A stretch of DNA of 63,390 nt, filler included, from Licmophora abbreviata (Eukaryota), in assembly GCA_900291995.1 (NCBI GenBank). It is 8 parts of 8 records of this genome, joined end to end, with 100 filler letters (N's around TTAATTAATTAA, not from the genome) between each part and the next. Parts side by side here need not be neighbours in the genome. Positions count along the whole stretch, not along the records: positions 49,512 to 51,668 come from OLMU01003484.1; positions 51,769 to 63,390 come from OLMU01003485.1; 6 more parts are not named here. The stretch is one strand, 5' to 3'. A program made the translations under genes and the position numbers. How positions within the stretch are numbered: the first letter of the stretch is position 1; each line of letters begins with the position of its first letter. A model generated the notes under the pieces. The model saw only the letters and a program-made list of their open reading frames with translations. It had not been told where the DNA came from and made no database searches. This document shows positions 49,512 to 60,580 of this stretch, piece by piece.

Positions 49512-50019
49512 CGAATCGTACCGTCTCGTCTTCTCGTTGCTTCCGCCACTCCCGCAAGACGATTGCAACCATGCTCCTGCCTAAGCTCATCGCATCCCCA
49601 TCAATGCACGGCGATTCCCGGTAAACTCAAACGGAAGTCGATTCGATCGATTCTATCGCCTCAAAGTTGTCTTTCGATGATCTCGACGCGTTGACCCACG
49701 TCCTTCTCATGATCGTCGATACTACTGATGAAACTTCATTGCAGTCATCGTCGTCAGTCTGGAAGAGTCTCAAACAGCATGCACTACCTGTCGGTTCCTC
49801 GCATCGTCTGAATCGCTGAACGAACACGGAAAGTCGCGGCGAAAGGACATCACGATTGCAGGCTTTCGGATGAGTCGATAGCCGAAGCAGGATCGCTCAA
49901 GAAAGAAAAACAACACCAGGTCGACTCGATGATTTCACCTACCGGTACGCTTTTCAACACGATGAGTACTCGATTCTAAAGTTATCGCCTCTACTTCCTA
50001 TATTATCTAGACCGATCGC

Positions 50020-52818
50020 TTACACCCGGCGTTGTATGTCAGCTGCAGTGATACTCTTGTGGATTCCCAGTTCGGTTTCAACGTCACATCTTCCATCAGG
50101 ATAAACACGGACGATTTGTCCTCCAATGTACTCCTCGCCGTCTACACGCAAGCCGATTACTTCCCCGACCGCGTATGGCTCAAAAGGTCGAACACACCAT
50201 CGTGGAAGAGCCTCGTCCACATAGCCGTCTTCGTGGACAATGTCGTACTTTGCCGTATCCATGGAAATGGATCCAATCGTTCCCTTGTACCACTCTTTGC
50301 ACAGAAAACACACATCAGATTCCATAACTGTGAGCGACGACACGAAAGAAGCGGTACACCTGTAATGAATGTCGGTCACACAACACTTACCAGCATAGTC
50401 GCACTCATACTTCCCTTCTACAGTGTCACCTTCTTGCAGCCATGCCCCAAGGAAAGGTTCAGCAACCGTGGGTTGTACCGGGAACGGGGCCCTCCGACGG
50501 AGCTGTGTCAGATGACGCGAGCACGGCCGCAAAAGACGCAACGAAGTAGTGACGGTGAAAGTCGGATGCAAAGAGAGGGAGCCATCGGCTTGGCTCCATC
50601 TCGGGGGATCAATCATAGTGTCCTGCAGCGCTCGTAAACCATCCGAAACGCGACGGGACAGTGCTGTCGCCCGCCAATAGCCGAACTTCAGTTCCGACCG
50701 CAAGTAGCTGATTTCCCTTAGAACCTGCCCGACGAAAGGATTTGCTAGTTTCATCAGTTCCTCGTGACAAAATGCGCGAGTCCTCTGAAGCGGTGCATGT
50801 GACCACTTGCCAACCTCATTCGGTGCTAGAAAACGTCCTTGTCTTTGTCCGACCAACGTTATCATGTCATCGATTAAAAGCTTCTTCACGTCGTCAGGCC
50901 AGTCGGTGTAGTGGCCCGCGTTTCCAATCGCCATCTTTCGAAACTTCATGTTTCCAGGATGCGCATAGTCTAGGATGTAGTTGTACGACCATAAGCGCTT
51001 CGAGTCGTATTTAGTGTCGATCAGGACATCGGCACGATTTGGAAGCGTGGCTGGCAAGACGTCGGTTGGCTCGTCTTTACCCAGGCCGAGATTGTAGCTC
51101 TTACCCTGTCGAATGTGAGTAGCCCAAGGAGTTCTCGATACCTGATCTACCGTGGCCCATGACAAGAAAGCAAGGAACCCGCAAATACATGTCATCCGGA
51201 GAGTCCATCGCCGCACGGTAGTGTTCAAACGTTGGCGACGGACGAAGGCATGCCAGAGAAGGGTGATTCCAAAGTGAAGCGCAACTCCGATACAGGTCAA
51301 CCTATACATGAATTCTTTGCAATTTGCGAGGGTCTCTGTTAAGAATCGACGCCAGCCATCGTCCGCAGTACCATGCAGGAACATCGGAAGAAACCACAAA
51401 CCGCCTTCTTCATTCATCAACTCATCCAGCTGGTCTTGATGGAATCCATTGTCATCATTGGAAATCCGCATTGAAGAGGTCGTAATCCAATCCCAACCCC
51501 AGTCCGCATTGGTCGATTTACAGATCCCCAGGGATCGAAGTGACCTCCACGGTTGTCGCATCGCGCTTCTGACGTCACGGAAATCGTTCAACGTGTGTCC
51601 CCACTGCAAATGGTGAAGACTGTACGAGCCGCCTTGTGAAAGCAGCCTCGTCTCAACTGCCTGCTTCCNNNNNNNNNNNNNNNNNNNNNNNNNNNNNNNN
51701 NNNNNNNNNNNNTTAATTAATTAANNNNNNNNNNNNNNNNNNNNNNNNNNNNNNNNNNNNNNNNNNNNCCCTGGCCAATTGTCTCTCGGACCACTTACGA
51801 GCATACCGCCGGCCTCACACATATCGTCGTTCCCGTCACAGACGTGCGATCCAGGGCAAATCTGGGTCGCACCGAGCGCCGCCGACGTGTCCTGCAAGGG
51901 AATGAAGATTGAGTACGACGGGAAGAAGCTCCGAACATGCTTGAAAGTCGATCCCTGTGGAAGAGTGTCTTGATGCCACCACTGTTCATCCGCACCGTAC
52001 TCACTAGTGATGGGAGATAGCTCAATGATCGCTGGATTCGGACCGGCAATCGCTTCAATCGCAGGGACAAGTGTCGGATGCGTGGCAATTTCATGGAGCG
52101 CCTGTGCAACGCTCGGGTCGTGATCGACACGCAGGCCAAACGTAAACCGATGCTCCTGACCAATGACATAGTAATTCGCTTCCTTCTTATTGGCCTCCAC
52201 GATGAACGAGCGCAACTTCTCAGTAGTCTTGGGCGACAATACGTCCGGATAGAGGGAGACACCATGTTTCAATATGTGTTCCATGGCCTCGTGTGCAGTC
52301 GCATTACGCGGCATGACAAGGTCGTCCACGTTGTGAGTCGAAATGTCGTCTGCATCGCATACTCGGTTGTAGTACGTGGCCTCCGACTCCTTGCGATCGT
52401 AATCATAGAGCATGAGATCCATTTGTGGTGATAGAAACTCGTCGTATACATGGGTCATAACGATCGTTGAAAGGTAGAGACCGACGAGAACGAGAATGGG
52501 GGCATCCACCAAGAGCCATCGGCATATCGAGGTAAAGATCTTCGCGAGAGTCCGCCCTCTTGATTTCAGAGTAGCATACGTGACTGGCAGGGTGGTAGTT
52601 CCGTTGACGGATTGCATCGCAGGGTCGTCTAGAAATGCTAGAACCGCAGCCACTGCAGCACTGTCGGGCGACACAGTAGTACAACGGAGTATATGGTCTC
52701 TCAGTCTCTGTTGTTCTGATGACTGCGTCGACGTCCCGTTTCTGTACACTCCGTTTCCATTTTCACTTTCAGGCATCGCGAATACTTTTGACTGCACTTG
52801 TTGTCTTTCTCGTAGCAT
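50020..52818 (-). CDS. Membrane PhyH-type dioxygenase / DUF6824-like / Tudor protein, paralog 1; spacer inside; probable in-frame intron 50295-50390
   Basis: TM; 'QWWHQD', 'YSIFIPLQDT...GATQICPGSH'; two TMs; 'DVLID...HPGNMKFR...GRFL....GKW'; 'LQEGDTVEGKY..EWYKGTI'. ORFs 51721-53001 and 50020-51609 are collinear with paralog 2. Confidence 0.85.
51669..51768. other. Artificial contig-join spacer
   Basis: N44-TTAATTAATTAA-N44. Confidence 0.97.
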
Positions 52819-53340
52819 ACCATTGACAACAGAACAGCAGTGAAAGGCGTGCGCATTGCTGTCATGCGACGACAAAAGCTTCGCATCCGTGTGCTGTGTC
52901 AATTTTGTGTTTTGGCACGATTTTGATTTTTGATTTTTTTGTGCCATTACCCGCGACTTCGCAAATCGTGAAAGAGCTCGATCTCTGCGGAAAGATCTCA
53001 ACTGCAGCTATCATACACTTCTACACGCGACCCGACTCGACTCAACGCGTGTACACACACCACACACAAGACTAGAAGAGACCCCGTGTTGGCTTTTGTT
53101 GCTCACAAACTAGGCTTCCAACAGTCACCCAAGTACCTCGCAGAGCATTGGGCATGTACCAAGACTCTTACAACTAAATCGGGCATCGAAGATTTGATCT
53201 TTCCGCTCCGAGAGTCCATACTTCCCTCACCAGCACAGTACTGCAATCGTGCCGAGGTTCAGTCGGAACTACAGCACACTCCTCTGTCGACGCTGCTATC
53301 TCTGATTTCCTACATCCCATTTCCTATTTTATTTTCAGTC

Positions 53341-54240
53341 ATGTCATACAGAAGACCAGCAGGGGGAGGGGATGGCCGCTACTATGAGAACGAGCGACAC
53401 GGCGAATATCAGCATAATAACAGGTCGCAGACCCTTCCTCCTTCTCGACGACGCGACGAGGAGGACGACGGTCTCGACACAAACGGGAGACCGCCCGATT
53501 ATCCCAGTCGACGGGATCAATACAGTCGGTACCAGCTACAAGAATACGATGACTATGCAGGAACATATTCTGGTACTGATGGTCGCTACACTTCGTCGCC
53601 GTCGTCACCCTCACGATCGGGACGCGAACCGCCCGCTTCTGAACAGCCTGCGGGGTACGGGAGCTATGGGAGGCAACTATCTGCTCCGGCAGGTCAAAAT
53701 GGTATATATCAGAATACTGTGGCTCTAACTGGGGAGTTTCTGGATGCCGAAGTAGCCCGGGCACGAGTATCTGACTCGTCATCACTTCCATCGTCCGGGG
53801 GTTCTGGAGACAACCAAGGTGTGGGGATCGGCATGGGAGTGCAGTTAAAGGACGATCATGCTGAGGAGTTTAATCAATCATACGGCAGTAATTTGGGAGC
53901 CATTCAAGAAGAGACCATGGGAAGTGGGACGGTGTATTCTCGAAACTTGGTCGCGCCCATGCCACGCCGTCCAAAGTCAATAGCTCCAACTTTTGGTCCT
54001 GTGGAACCGTCGCGGCCGATGCGACAGGTGGATCGTCGATATCGGAAAGGGAAGGAGAAGAGGTTTCCTGATGTGACTCGTGGTGAGATCAAGGCCCGGC
54101 ATCTGCGAAGTGACGAGCAGATGATTCAATGCACTGGCTGCCGCAGCGACTTGATAGTGAGGAAGTCATCGGTACTTGTCAAGTGTCCGAACTGTTCTCA
54201 TATGGGCCCTACGGTCGGAACAAGCGGCTCCTTGAGATAG
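53341..54240 (+). CDS. Disordered protein with C-terminal C4 zinc ribbon (LSD1-finger-like spacing)
   Basis: 'CTGCRSDLIVRKSSVLVKCPNC'; R/S/Y/D-rich N-terminus. Confidence 0.7.
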   Translation: MSYRRPAGGGDGRYYENERHGEYQHNNRSQTLPPSRRRDEEDDGLDTNGRPPDYPSRRDQYSRYQLQEYDDYAGTYSGTDGRYTSSPSSPSRSGREPPASEQPAGYGSYGRQLSAPAGQNGIYQNTVALTGEFLDAEVARARVSDSSSLPSSGGSGDNQGVGIGMGVQLKDDHAEEFNQSYGSNLGAIQEETMGSGTVYSRNLVAPMPRRPKSIAPTFGPVEPSRPMRQVDRRYRKGKEKRFPDVTRGEIKARHLRSDEQMIQCTGCRSDLIVRKSSVLVKCPNCSHMGPTVGTSGSLR

Positions 54241-54424
54241 TGCACGCGTTTTAATGTAATTTAGTATGGTGCACTGTCCAGGTTACTGTTTCTTGTTTGT
54301 CTCATTACTATTCGTTTGTTTAGCTATAATGCATAACGTAGAGCGAGGAATAGATTCGCCACAATGTACATTGCATGTCCATCTACTAGGCTAGTCATCA
54401 AAACCCCTCACCCCCTATCAAATG

Positions 54425-54691
54425 CTAGTCTTCTTTTACAGAATATGGTCGGTTGTTTGGCATGTCCGAATAAGGGTGGGGTCGCATCCACCCCACCGGT
54501 GGAGCTAGGAACGCAAGCAAGAAGCCAGCCCCGACGACGCCTACATATACCCAAGCATTCTCCTGGTCAAAGTAGAGACCAAACGGTAGGAGGATAAAAA
54601 GTATGCTCGCAAGATTGATTGCGATAGACTTCATGTCGGTGCCTGCGGAGCATGAGTTTGGCGGGCTTGTGAGAGAGGTTTCAACAACCAC
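54425..54691 (-). CDS. Small two-TM membrane protein (5' end uncertain)
   Basis: Two hydrophobic segments followed by 'PPVGWMRPHPYSDMPNNRPY'. Confidence 0.45.
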   Translation of the reverse strand: MVVETSLTSPPNSCSAGTDMKSIAINLASILFILLPFGLYFDQENAWVYVGVVGAGFLLAFLAPPVGWMRPHPYSDMPNNRPYSVKED

Positions 54692-55150
54692 GTGAAACCC
54701 GTACCAGTTTCTTACCAGTATCTTTCATGATCAAACCTCCAAATATCACTCTTGCAAGAGGGTCTTTCTCGTCGTTGTTCGGTCTACTCTTCGTTGTCAA
54801 CGTCGACAACAAACAGAGTGAGACCGACGACGAGATCGCGGTGACGCCTCTCACGAAAAGTTGAGGTGCGTATCTTCACAAAGAGCTCGTCGTTATAGAG
54901 AGCTCGCGTCTGGTCGCGCGTCGGGCGAGCCGCAAAAAGTCATTCCAAAAATGACCTCGAGGAAAGTGTGTCAATTTTGTTCACTCTCGTGACTGAAGTT
55001 TGGAAATTAGTGCGAAGCTTGTTGTGTGAGGGTCAGTGATGGTGATTTATCACGTGTCGCTTTACCTTTTCCCTCCATGCACCGACTATTAGGGAAACCT
55101 GATCAGCTGTACTCTTCAACTGTCGAAACTGGAACCTCTTGAAAGACGGG

Positions 55151-58100
55151 ATGGTTTGTAAAGGCGAATCGAAAACTCAAGTAGGTGACCGAGCCCTGGC
55201 TGCTGCCTCCTTCGACGAGACTTCCAAGGTTCGCATTCATGACACTAGTGACACTCCGGATTTGGTCCATGATGATATCAGCCCAAATACTAGTGACTCG
55301 GAAGTAGAGCACTCCTCCGATGATGTGAGGAAGGAAACCATATGGTCGCATAAGTCACCCAGGCTATCATCCTCTTCCAACATCCTCCCGCGAATTTTGC
55401 TCGTTATGCTAGAGGTGTTTGTGCTTTTGACCTGCATACTCTACTTGTCAGCATGGACATTCCAGCAGTTTCACAACGACTATCTTCTCCCTCAAATGAA
55501 ACTCATGACATGGACAGAAGAGCGCAAGGAACGGGAGCTCACGTACTACCATCGTTTCTGCTACGACGAAGACGTTTCTGCAATGACGGCCGACCAGCTG
55601 ATCATTCCGCCCAACACGACCGCGCAGGAGTGCATGGAGCATATGCTGACTCACGGGGTGTCAATCTATCCAAATGTACTGACAAGTTCTACTACTGACG
55701 GCTTGCGCGAGTACGTTTCCAATCGAAGCCACAAACGCGAACGTTTCAACGTCATTGAGAATGAAAGTCGATACTCGTACAGTCTGGAAGTAGACCAAGA
55801 CCCGATTGTAGTAAACGCGATGCAGGAGATTGCTACACACCCTCTCCTTCGACCAGCGATTGAGAAAATTATTGGACCGAATCCTGCGGTCGTTGAATTT
55901 TCCGATATCACATCGACGTACGGGTCGCAAGAACAACACTGGCACCAAGACGTTGTTCCTGACGGGTCGGCCTTCAAGTATGCGCGTTCTTTCATACCCT
56001 CCTACTCATTATTTATTCCGCTTCAAGATACTACGGCAGAAATGGGTGCGACGCAGGTTTGTCCTGGAACTCATGTGTGCGAACCAGACGACGACTTCTG
56101 CGATAGAATTGGAGCAGGTCTCGCTGTGAGTGGTACCGCCAATCGTTGGCAAAAGGGAACGGTAGCGATGATGAATCAGCAGACTCAACACCGAGGCCCA
56201 GCTCATATTGACCCAGATGCACCGGACAGAGTCTTATTTGTCTTGACGCTGGCACCGCGACCTAGATTTGAAGAAATGGAACTAGAAACGCGCATTCTGG
56301 CTCAAGGAGCGGCATACTCTATCAATTGGAACAATTGGGGATTCTTGTTGGACGACTTTGCCAACGCGCCGAAGGCAATGCAGCAACCTTGGAAGACTTT
56401 CAGAAGCTTGGGAATGTTTAAGCCTAGAGGAAGGCTTTGGGGATGGGATGGCATGACGACGATTCTTGCCCGAATTGTCAACGAGGAATACTATTTCCGT
56501 AAGGACAATCTCGAAGATTTTCTCGAGAAAGGAGGCTTCTGGTTTCTTCCCGAGTTTCTACAAGGGAGGATCGGTGTCGACGATGACTACTATGATTTTC
56601 TTTTCGACACGTTCCACCGTGTCAAAAACTCCCTCAAGAGCGTGTGCTTGACGACGGTCGCGTTGTACGCGATGGGGCTACTGGTGGCTACTCCTTTCTT
56701 TGAGTCCCGACGGCTGTCTAGGGTCTTTCGTTCGGCCAGGCGTGTGTCGCTCCCTCTTCTCGGTTTGTTCTTTACATCAAATCTTTCGCTACTGCTCTTG
56801 GCACGATCCCGCTGGACTTCGAAAATAAACAGTGGGAAGCCTTTCAATCTCCAAACCGCTCAGCGCGTTCACGACGACTCTCCTGCGACGCTGCCGTACC
56901 TGCATGACGTACTTATTGACACGCGATACAAATCCAGGTACCTAGGATCCTACAATCATATTCTCGACTCAACGCACCCAGGGAATGTACATTTTAAGTG
57001 GATGGTGGATCAGTATTCTGCTGGATATCTGGTCCTACCTGAACCATGGAAGGATCAGCTTGTTTCTGCAATGGTGCAGTGGGTTGCGCAGAACTCAGGA
57101 AGACTACTGGGCCAGAAAGAGGATGGAGAATGGAAGGTACTATCGTTCAGTGCCGGAAAGGAAGCTTGTCACGAGGCGCTTCTGAAATCTTCCAATTCTG
57201 TCATGAATGAGGTGCTCACAGAGATCAGCTTCTTGCGGTCGGAGACTAAGTTTGGCACGCTGAGGGATGCTGCGCTTCATCGATTCCATATCCCGACTTT
57301 GCTGAACTCTATTCAACACACTATCCTACATCCGACACAGAGTGATACCGAGGCTCGCCTTCCATCCTTGGAACAAGCGTTGGATGATGTCCTTACTCAA
57401 GTCAATAGCCTCGTCGCTCAGTCGGACCTGCAGGATCCCTTGCACATGTCGTTCGAATACCTACGTGTGCAAGCGTCAATGAACAGAATTCAAGACAGAG
57501 TGGAGACGTTTCGACAGAGTATGTCCGTGACAAAGAATGCCGCTGTCACATCAAGAGTGTCAATCCGAGAGCATTTGTGGCTTCCTCCGACTCCACGATA
57601 TAATCGGGACGTATTTAGTTCTTCTCGTACAACAGGGATCCTGCCTTCGGAACCAGTGGAGGAACCTTACCAAGGCGCGTGGCTCAAAGTGGGCGATGTA
57701 GTAGAAGCAAAATACGGTGGAACACAGAATGGTAAGCCTTGCACAGCATGCCCCAATTCAGATGAAATCGTCGTATCTCTAACACCATACCTGTTTGAAT
57801 ACACACTGATAGAATGGTACCGGAGCACCATCGTCGCTGCAAATGCTGACAAAGGGACCTACGATGTGGAACACGAGTTCAATGGCTACATTGATGAAGA
57901 TCTTTGTCGCTTGTGCGTTCGCTGGTATCAACCTCCGGAGCTCGATGATGAAGTAAGGGTTCGCGTCTTTCAAATAAAGGCATATCCTGGACAAGTTGTT
58001 GCGGTGAACGACGACGGCACGTTCGATATTACAACAGAAAAAATGGGAGTACGTCAAAATGTTCACCCCATGGACATTCGTTCCTTCGATTGGACTTGGT

Positions 58101-58261
58101 GGATAGGCACCAATGTGGAAATCAGGGCCGAGGACGAGGCGTTCGAGGGGGAACGTGGAGTTATTATTGACGAGAACGATGGCATATACGACGTCAAGCT
58201 CTTGTCGGGTTCGATCGAACGAGGTGTTGTCACAGATCGAATCCGACCCTTCTTTCCATGA
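55151..58261 (+). CDS. Membrane PhyH-type dioxygenase / DUF6824-like / Tudor-repeat protein, paralog 2; probable in-frame intron 57732-57812
   Basis: 1040-codon ORF; HxD 'HWHQD', distal His 'TQHRGPAH', Arg 'DRVLF'; two TMs; 'DVLID..HPGNVHF..GRLL..GEW'; three Tudor-like repeats. Confidence 0.9.
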   Translation: MVCKGESKTQVGDRALAAASFDETSKVRIHDTSDTPDLVHDDISPNTSDSEVEHSSDDVRKETIWSHKSPRLSSSSNILPRILLVMLEVFVLLTCILYLSAWTFQQFHNDYLLPQMKLMTWTEERKERELTYYHRFCYDEDVSAMTADQLIIPPNTTAQECMEHMLTHGVSIYPNVLTSSTTDGLREYVSNRSHKRERFNVIENESRYSYSLEVDQDPIVVNAMQEIATHPLLRPAIEKIIGPNPAVVEFSDITSTYGSQEQHWHQDVVPDGSAFKYARSFIPSYSLFIPLQDTTAEMGATQVCPGTHVCEPDDDFCDRIGAGLAVSGTANRWQKGTVAMMNQQTQHRGPAHIDPDAPDRVLFVLTLAPRPRFEEMELETRILAQGAAYSINWNNWGFLLDDFANAPKAMQQPWKTFRSLGMFKPRGRLWGWDGMTTILARIVNEEYYFRKDNLEDFLEKGGFWFLPEFLQGRIGVDDDYYDFLFDTFHRVKNSLKSVCLTTVALYAMGLLVATPFFESRRLSRVFRSARRVSLPLLGLFFTSNLSLLLLARSRWTSKINSGKPFNLQTAQRVHDDSPATLPYLHDVLIDTRYKSRYLGSYNHILDSTHPGNVHFKWMVDQYSAGYLVLPEPWKDQLVSAMVQWVAQNSGRLLGQKEDGEWKVLSFSAGKEACHEALLKSSNSVMNEVLTEISFLRSETKFGTLRDAALHRFHIPTLLNSIQHTILHPTQSDTEARLPSLEQALDDVLTQVNSLVAQSDLQDPLHMSFEYLRVQASMNRIQDRVETFRQSMSVTKNAAVTSRVSIREHLWLPPTPRYNRDVFSSSRTTGILPSEPVEEPYQGAWLKVGDVVEAKYGGTQNGKPCTACPNSDEIVVSLTPYLFEYTLIEWYRSTIVAANADKGTYDVEHEFNGYIDEDLCRLCVRWYQPPELDDEVRVRVFQIKAYPGQVVAVNDDGTFDITTEKMGVRQNVHPMDIRSFDWTWWIGTNVEIRAEDEAFEGERGVIIDENDGIYDVKLLSGSIERGVVTDRIRPFFP

Positions 58262-58548
58262 AACATCGTTAGACCTTAGCTTAAACTTACTTCTAAGTTG
58301 TACTTTTAACTTCAATGGAAGTTACGTGTCCAGAATAGTCTATCGATCGCATATTCTATAGACGAGTCCTGGATTTGGCGCGCTTCTCGCTATTTTCAAA
58401 CGGATGTTCGCGCGAAGTTTTTCCTCGTCATCCTTTATGTCCGGGTCTCACACAATGACCGATTTCTCGTCAACATCATGACGAGACATCATCACAATCA
58501 TCACACACAGAGCAGCCACTGTGTGGTCGTGTGACCAAAGTGTCGAGC

Positions 58549-60272
58549 ATGGTGCGGTCTCGGCGGTCGACTGCGCTTGGCAGTGGCAGCGAGCATTCAA
58601 CAGATGGAACAGCGAGAGTTTCGTTGCGTCTTGATAGTGCTGTTCATTTCGAACCTGAAGTGAGACGAAGCCCAAATGACAAGTTTCGACGAAGAGTGTC
58701 GCTTCCGCGACGAGTCGCGTGGCATCGAGAGCGACTGCATCTTATACTCCAGCGACAAGGTCTGCACTGGATGAGTGCGTGGGCTTTCTTTGTTGCTTCT
58801 TTCGTGATGGTGTGGGTTGCCCGGACAGCGTTTTCGAATCGACCTTTCGCCGCCGAGCATCCCAGACGACCCATGATTGCCCAGCACGGCTACATTCGTC
58901 CGACATACAGCGGCGAAAGCTCGGTGCCTGTCAAATTACCTTCACTTGTGATATTGCACGAGTCAATAGAAAGTCCTCCCGAACTTAGTGAACTGGACAA
59001 AGAACAAGCAGCTTCCAGGGACTGGGGCGGGTTGCGGCTTCGCTTCTTGCACGAGGAGAATGCAAGTCGCGTCCTATACCGCGAGGATCACAGCACCCTG
59101 TCCCACAGTGGAAATGACGAAGACGATGAGGATCATATCGATTCTTACTATGCATATGATGACGACCACATGCGCAGTCCGTATACCCGCTTTGACGACG
59201 ATGCTGTCAAGGACTGGAGGAACGTACGTACCTGTCGAAGGACCAGCTGGCATCGTCTCACATTCCCCACTTGCAATCGACTACATGAAATGGACCCACC
59301 CAGGAAAACCCCACGATACTTGAAGTAAGTTTAAGGCCATCTAATGTTATGTCGCCTCATGGATGCTATTTCGTCATCTCAACAATGCTTTCCATCTCTA
59401 GTGCTGGTGCCTATCGCCAGGTGTTTGTTTATCTCGACTCAGAGGAGGAGATAATCTGGAAGCAGCTATCTTTTGCGCACTCTCCCGACTATGAGTTCTT
59501 TGAGTACATACGAATGGACGCACTTGTGTCAGAACGACTCACATCCAGTCCAAGCATTGTAGATATTTACGGCTACTGCGGAAACAGTATACTGTCAGAG
59601 TATGTCCATGATGGAGACTTGGAAGCATGGGCCACACCCCGGGGAGGATTCATTAGTTCAACGAAGCTAAAGAAGCATTACAAGCTACACGGTGGAGTAA
59701 GCCCATTGAATGATATTTCAGTGCACGACAAGCTTCGCATGGCTCTGGATATGGCAGAGAGCATTGCTTGGCTTCACGGATTTCCGGACGGGCTAATGGT
59801 CCATGACGACATTCAGTTGGGTCAGTTTCTTGTGACGAGCCATGGGTCCATCAAGTTGAATGACTTCAATCGTGCGGAGATTATGCTATGGGACGAAGAG
59901 AATCGCGAATACTGTCGGTACTTCAATGGCGAAGGGGCTGGAGAGCATCGGTCTCCGGAAGAGTACCGTGACGATCCGGTTGACGAGAACATCGACACAT
60001 ACTCGTTGGGGAACATCATTTACGTTCTCATGACGGGCCTTCATCCGTTCTTTGATTCAGATGACGAGGACGAGCTACATGAAAGGGTTAAGGATAGAAA
60101 CGAACAGCCGTTCGTTGACCCTGTGTACCGGAACGGCACTTTTGCCGAGAGAAAGCTGGTGGAAATCATGGAGCGATGTTTCGCATACGATCCTTGGGAA
60201 AGGCCGTCCATGTTTGAGATAGTTAGTTTCTTGCGGGATGCAGTCCAGTCGGACAAAGCTCATCATACATAG
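58549..60272 (+). CDS. Type II membrane atypical protein kinase (PKDCC/VLK-like secretory kinase), 2 exons (intron 59325-59401)
   Basis: N-terminal TM; 'CRR..W....FPTCN.LHE'; G-loop 'GAYRQV'; 'IVDIYGYCG'; catalytic 'VHDDIQLGQFL'; 'KLNDFN'; 'RSPEEY'; 'DTYSLGN'; 'DPWERPSM'. Confidence 0.85.
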
Positions 60273-60580
60273 CAGTAATATATAGATACCCCGGTCATGC
60301 ATTGACCTACCGGTAGAACGGATAGATATCCCGCGATCACTCCTCTCGTCCGCCTTCGCAGTCTACCTTTACGAGTTCCCGTTCAGAACTTCTCGTTGTG
60401 GATACGGCCGTAAGTGAAAAAGACGTCACTCGTGACTATACTTCAAGATGAGCCCAATCCGAAGCTCGTGACTGGAAGTTTGCGCGGGAACTCTCTTCTC
60501 GCCGCGTCTTTCTCGTGTCAAAGTTTTGAAAGTGACTGTGACCATGTCGTTTGCATCGTTTTCGCATCTGATAGGGCCCA

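Noticed and set aside
49512..50019. Short open frames after the spacer
   Set aside because: No start, splice or motif support; may be a gene fragment but cannot be called
9629..51768. Seven identical palindromic TTAATTAATTAA elements flanked by Ns
   Set aside because: Synthetic six-frame-stop scaffold linkers, not biological repeats, a CRISPR array or transposon ends
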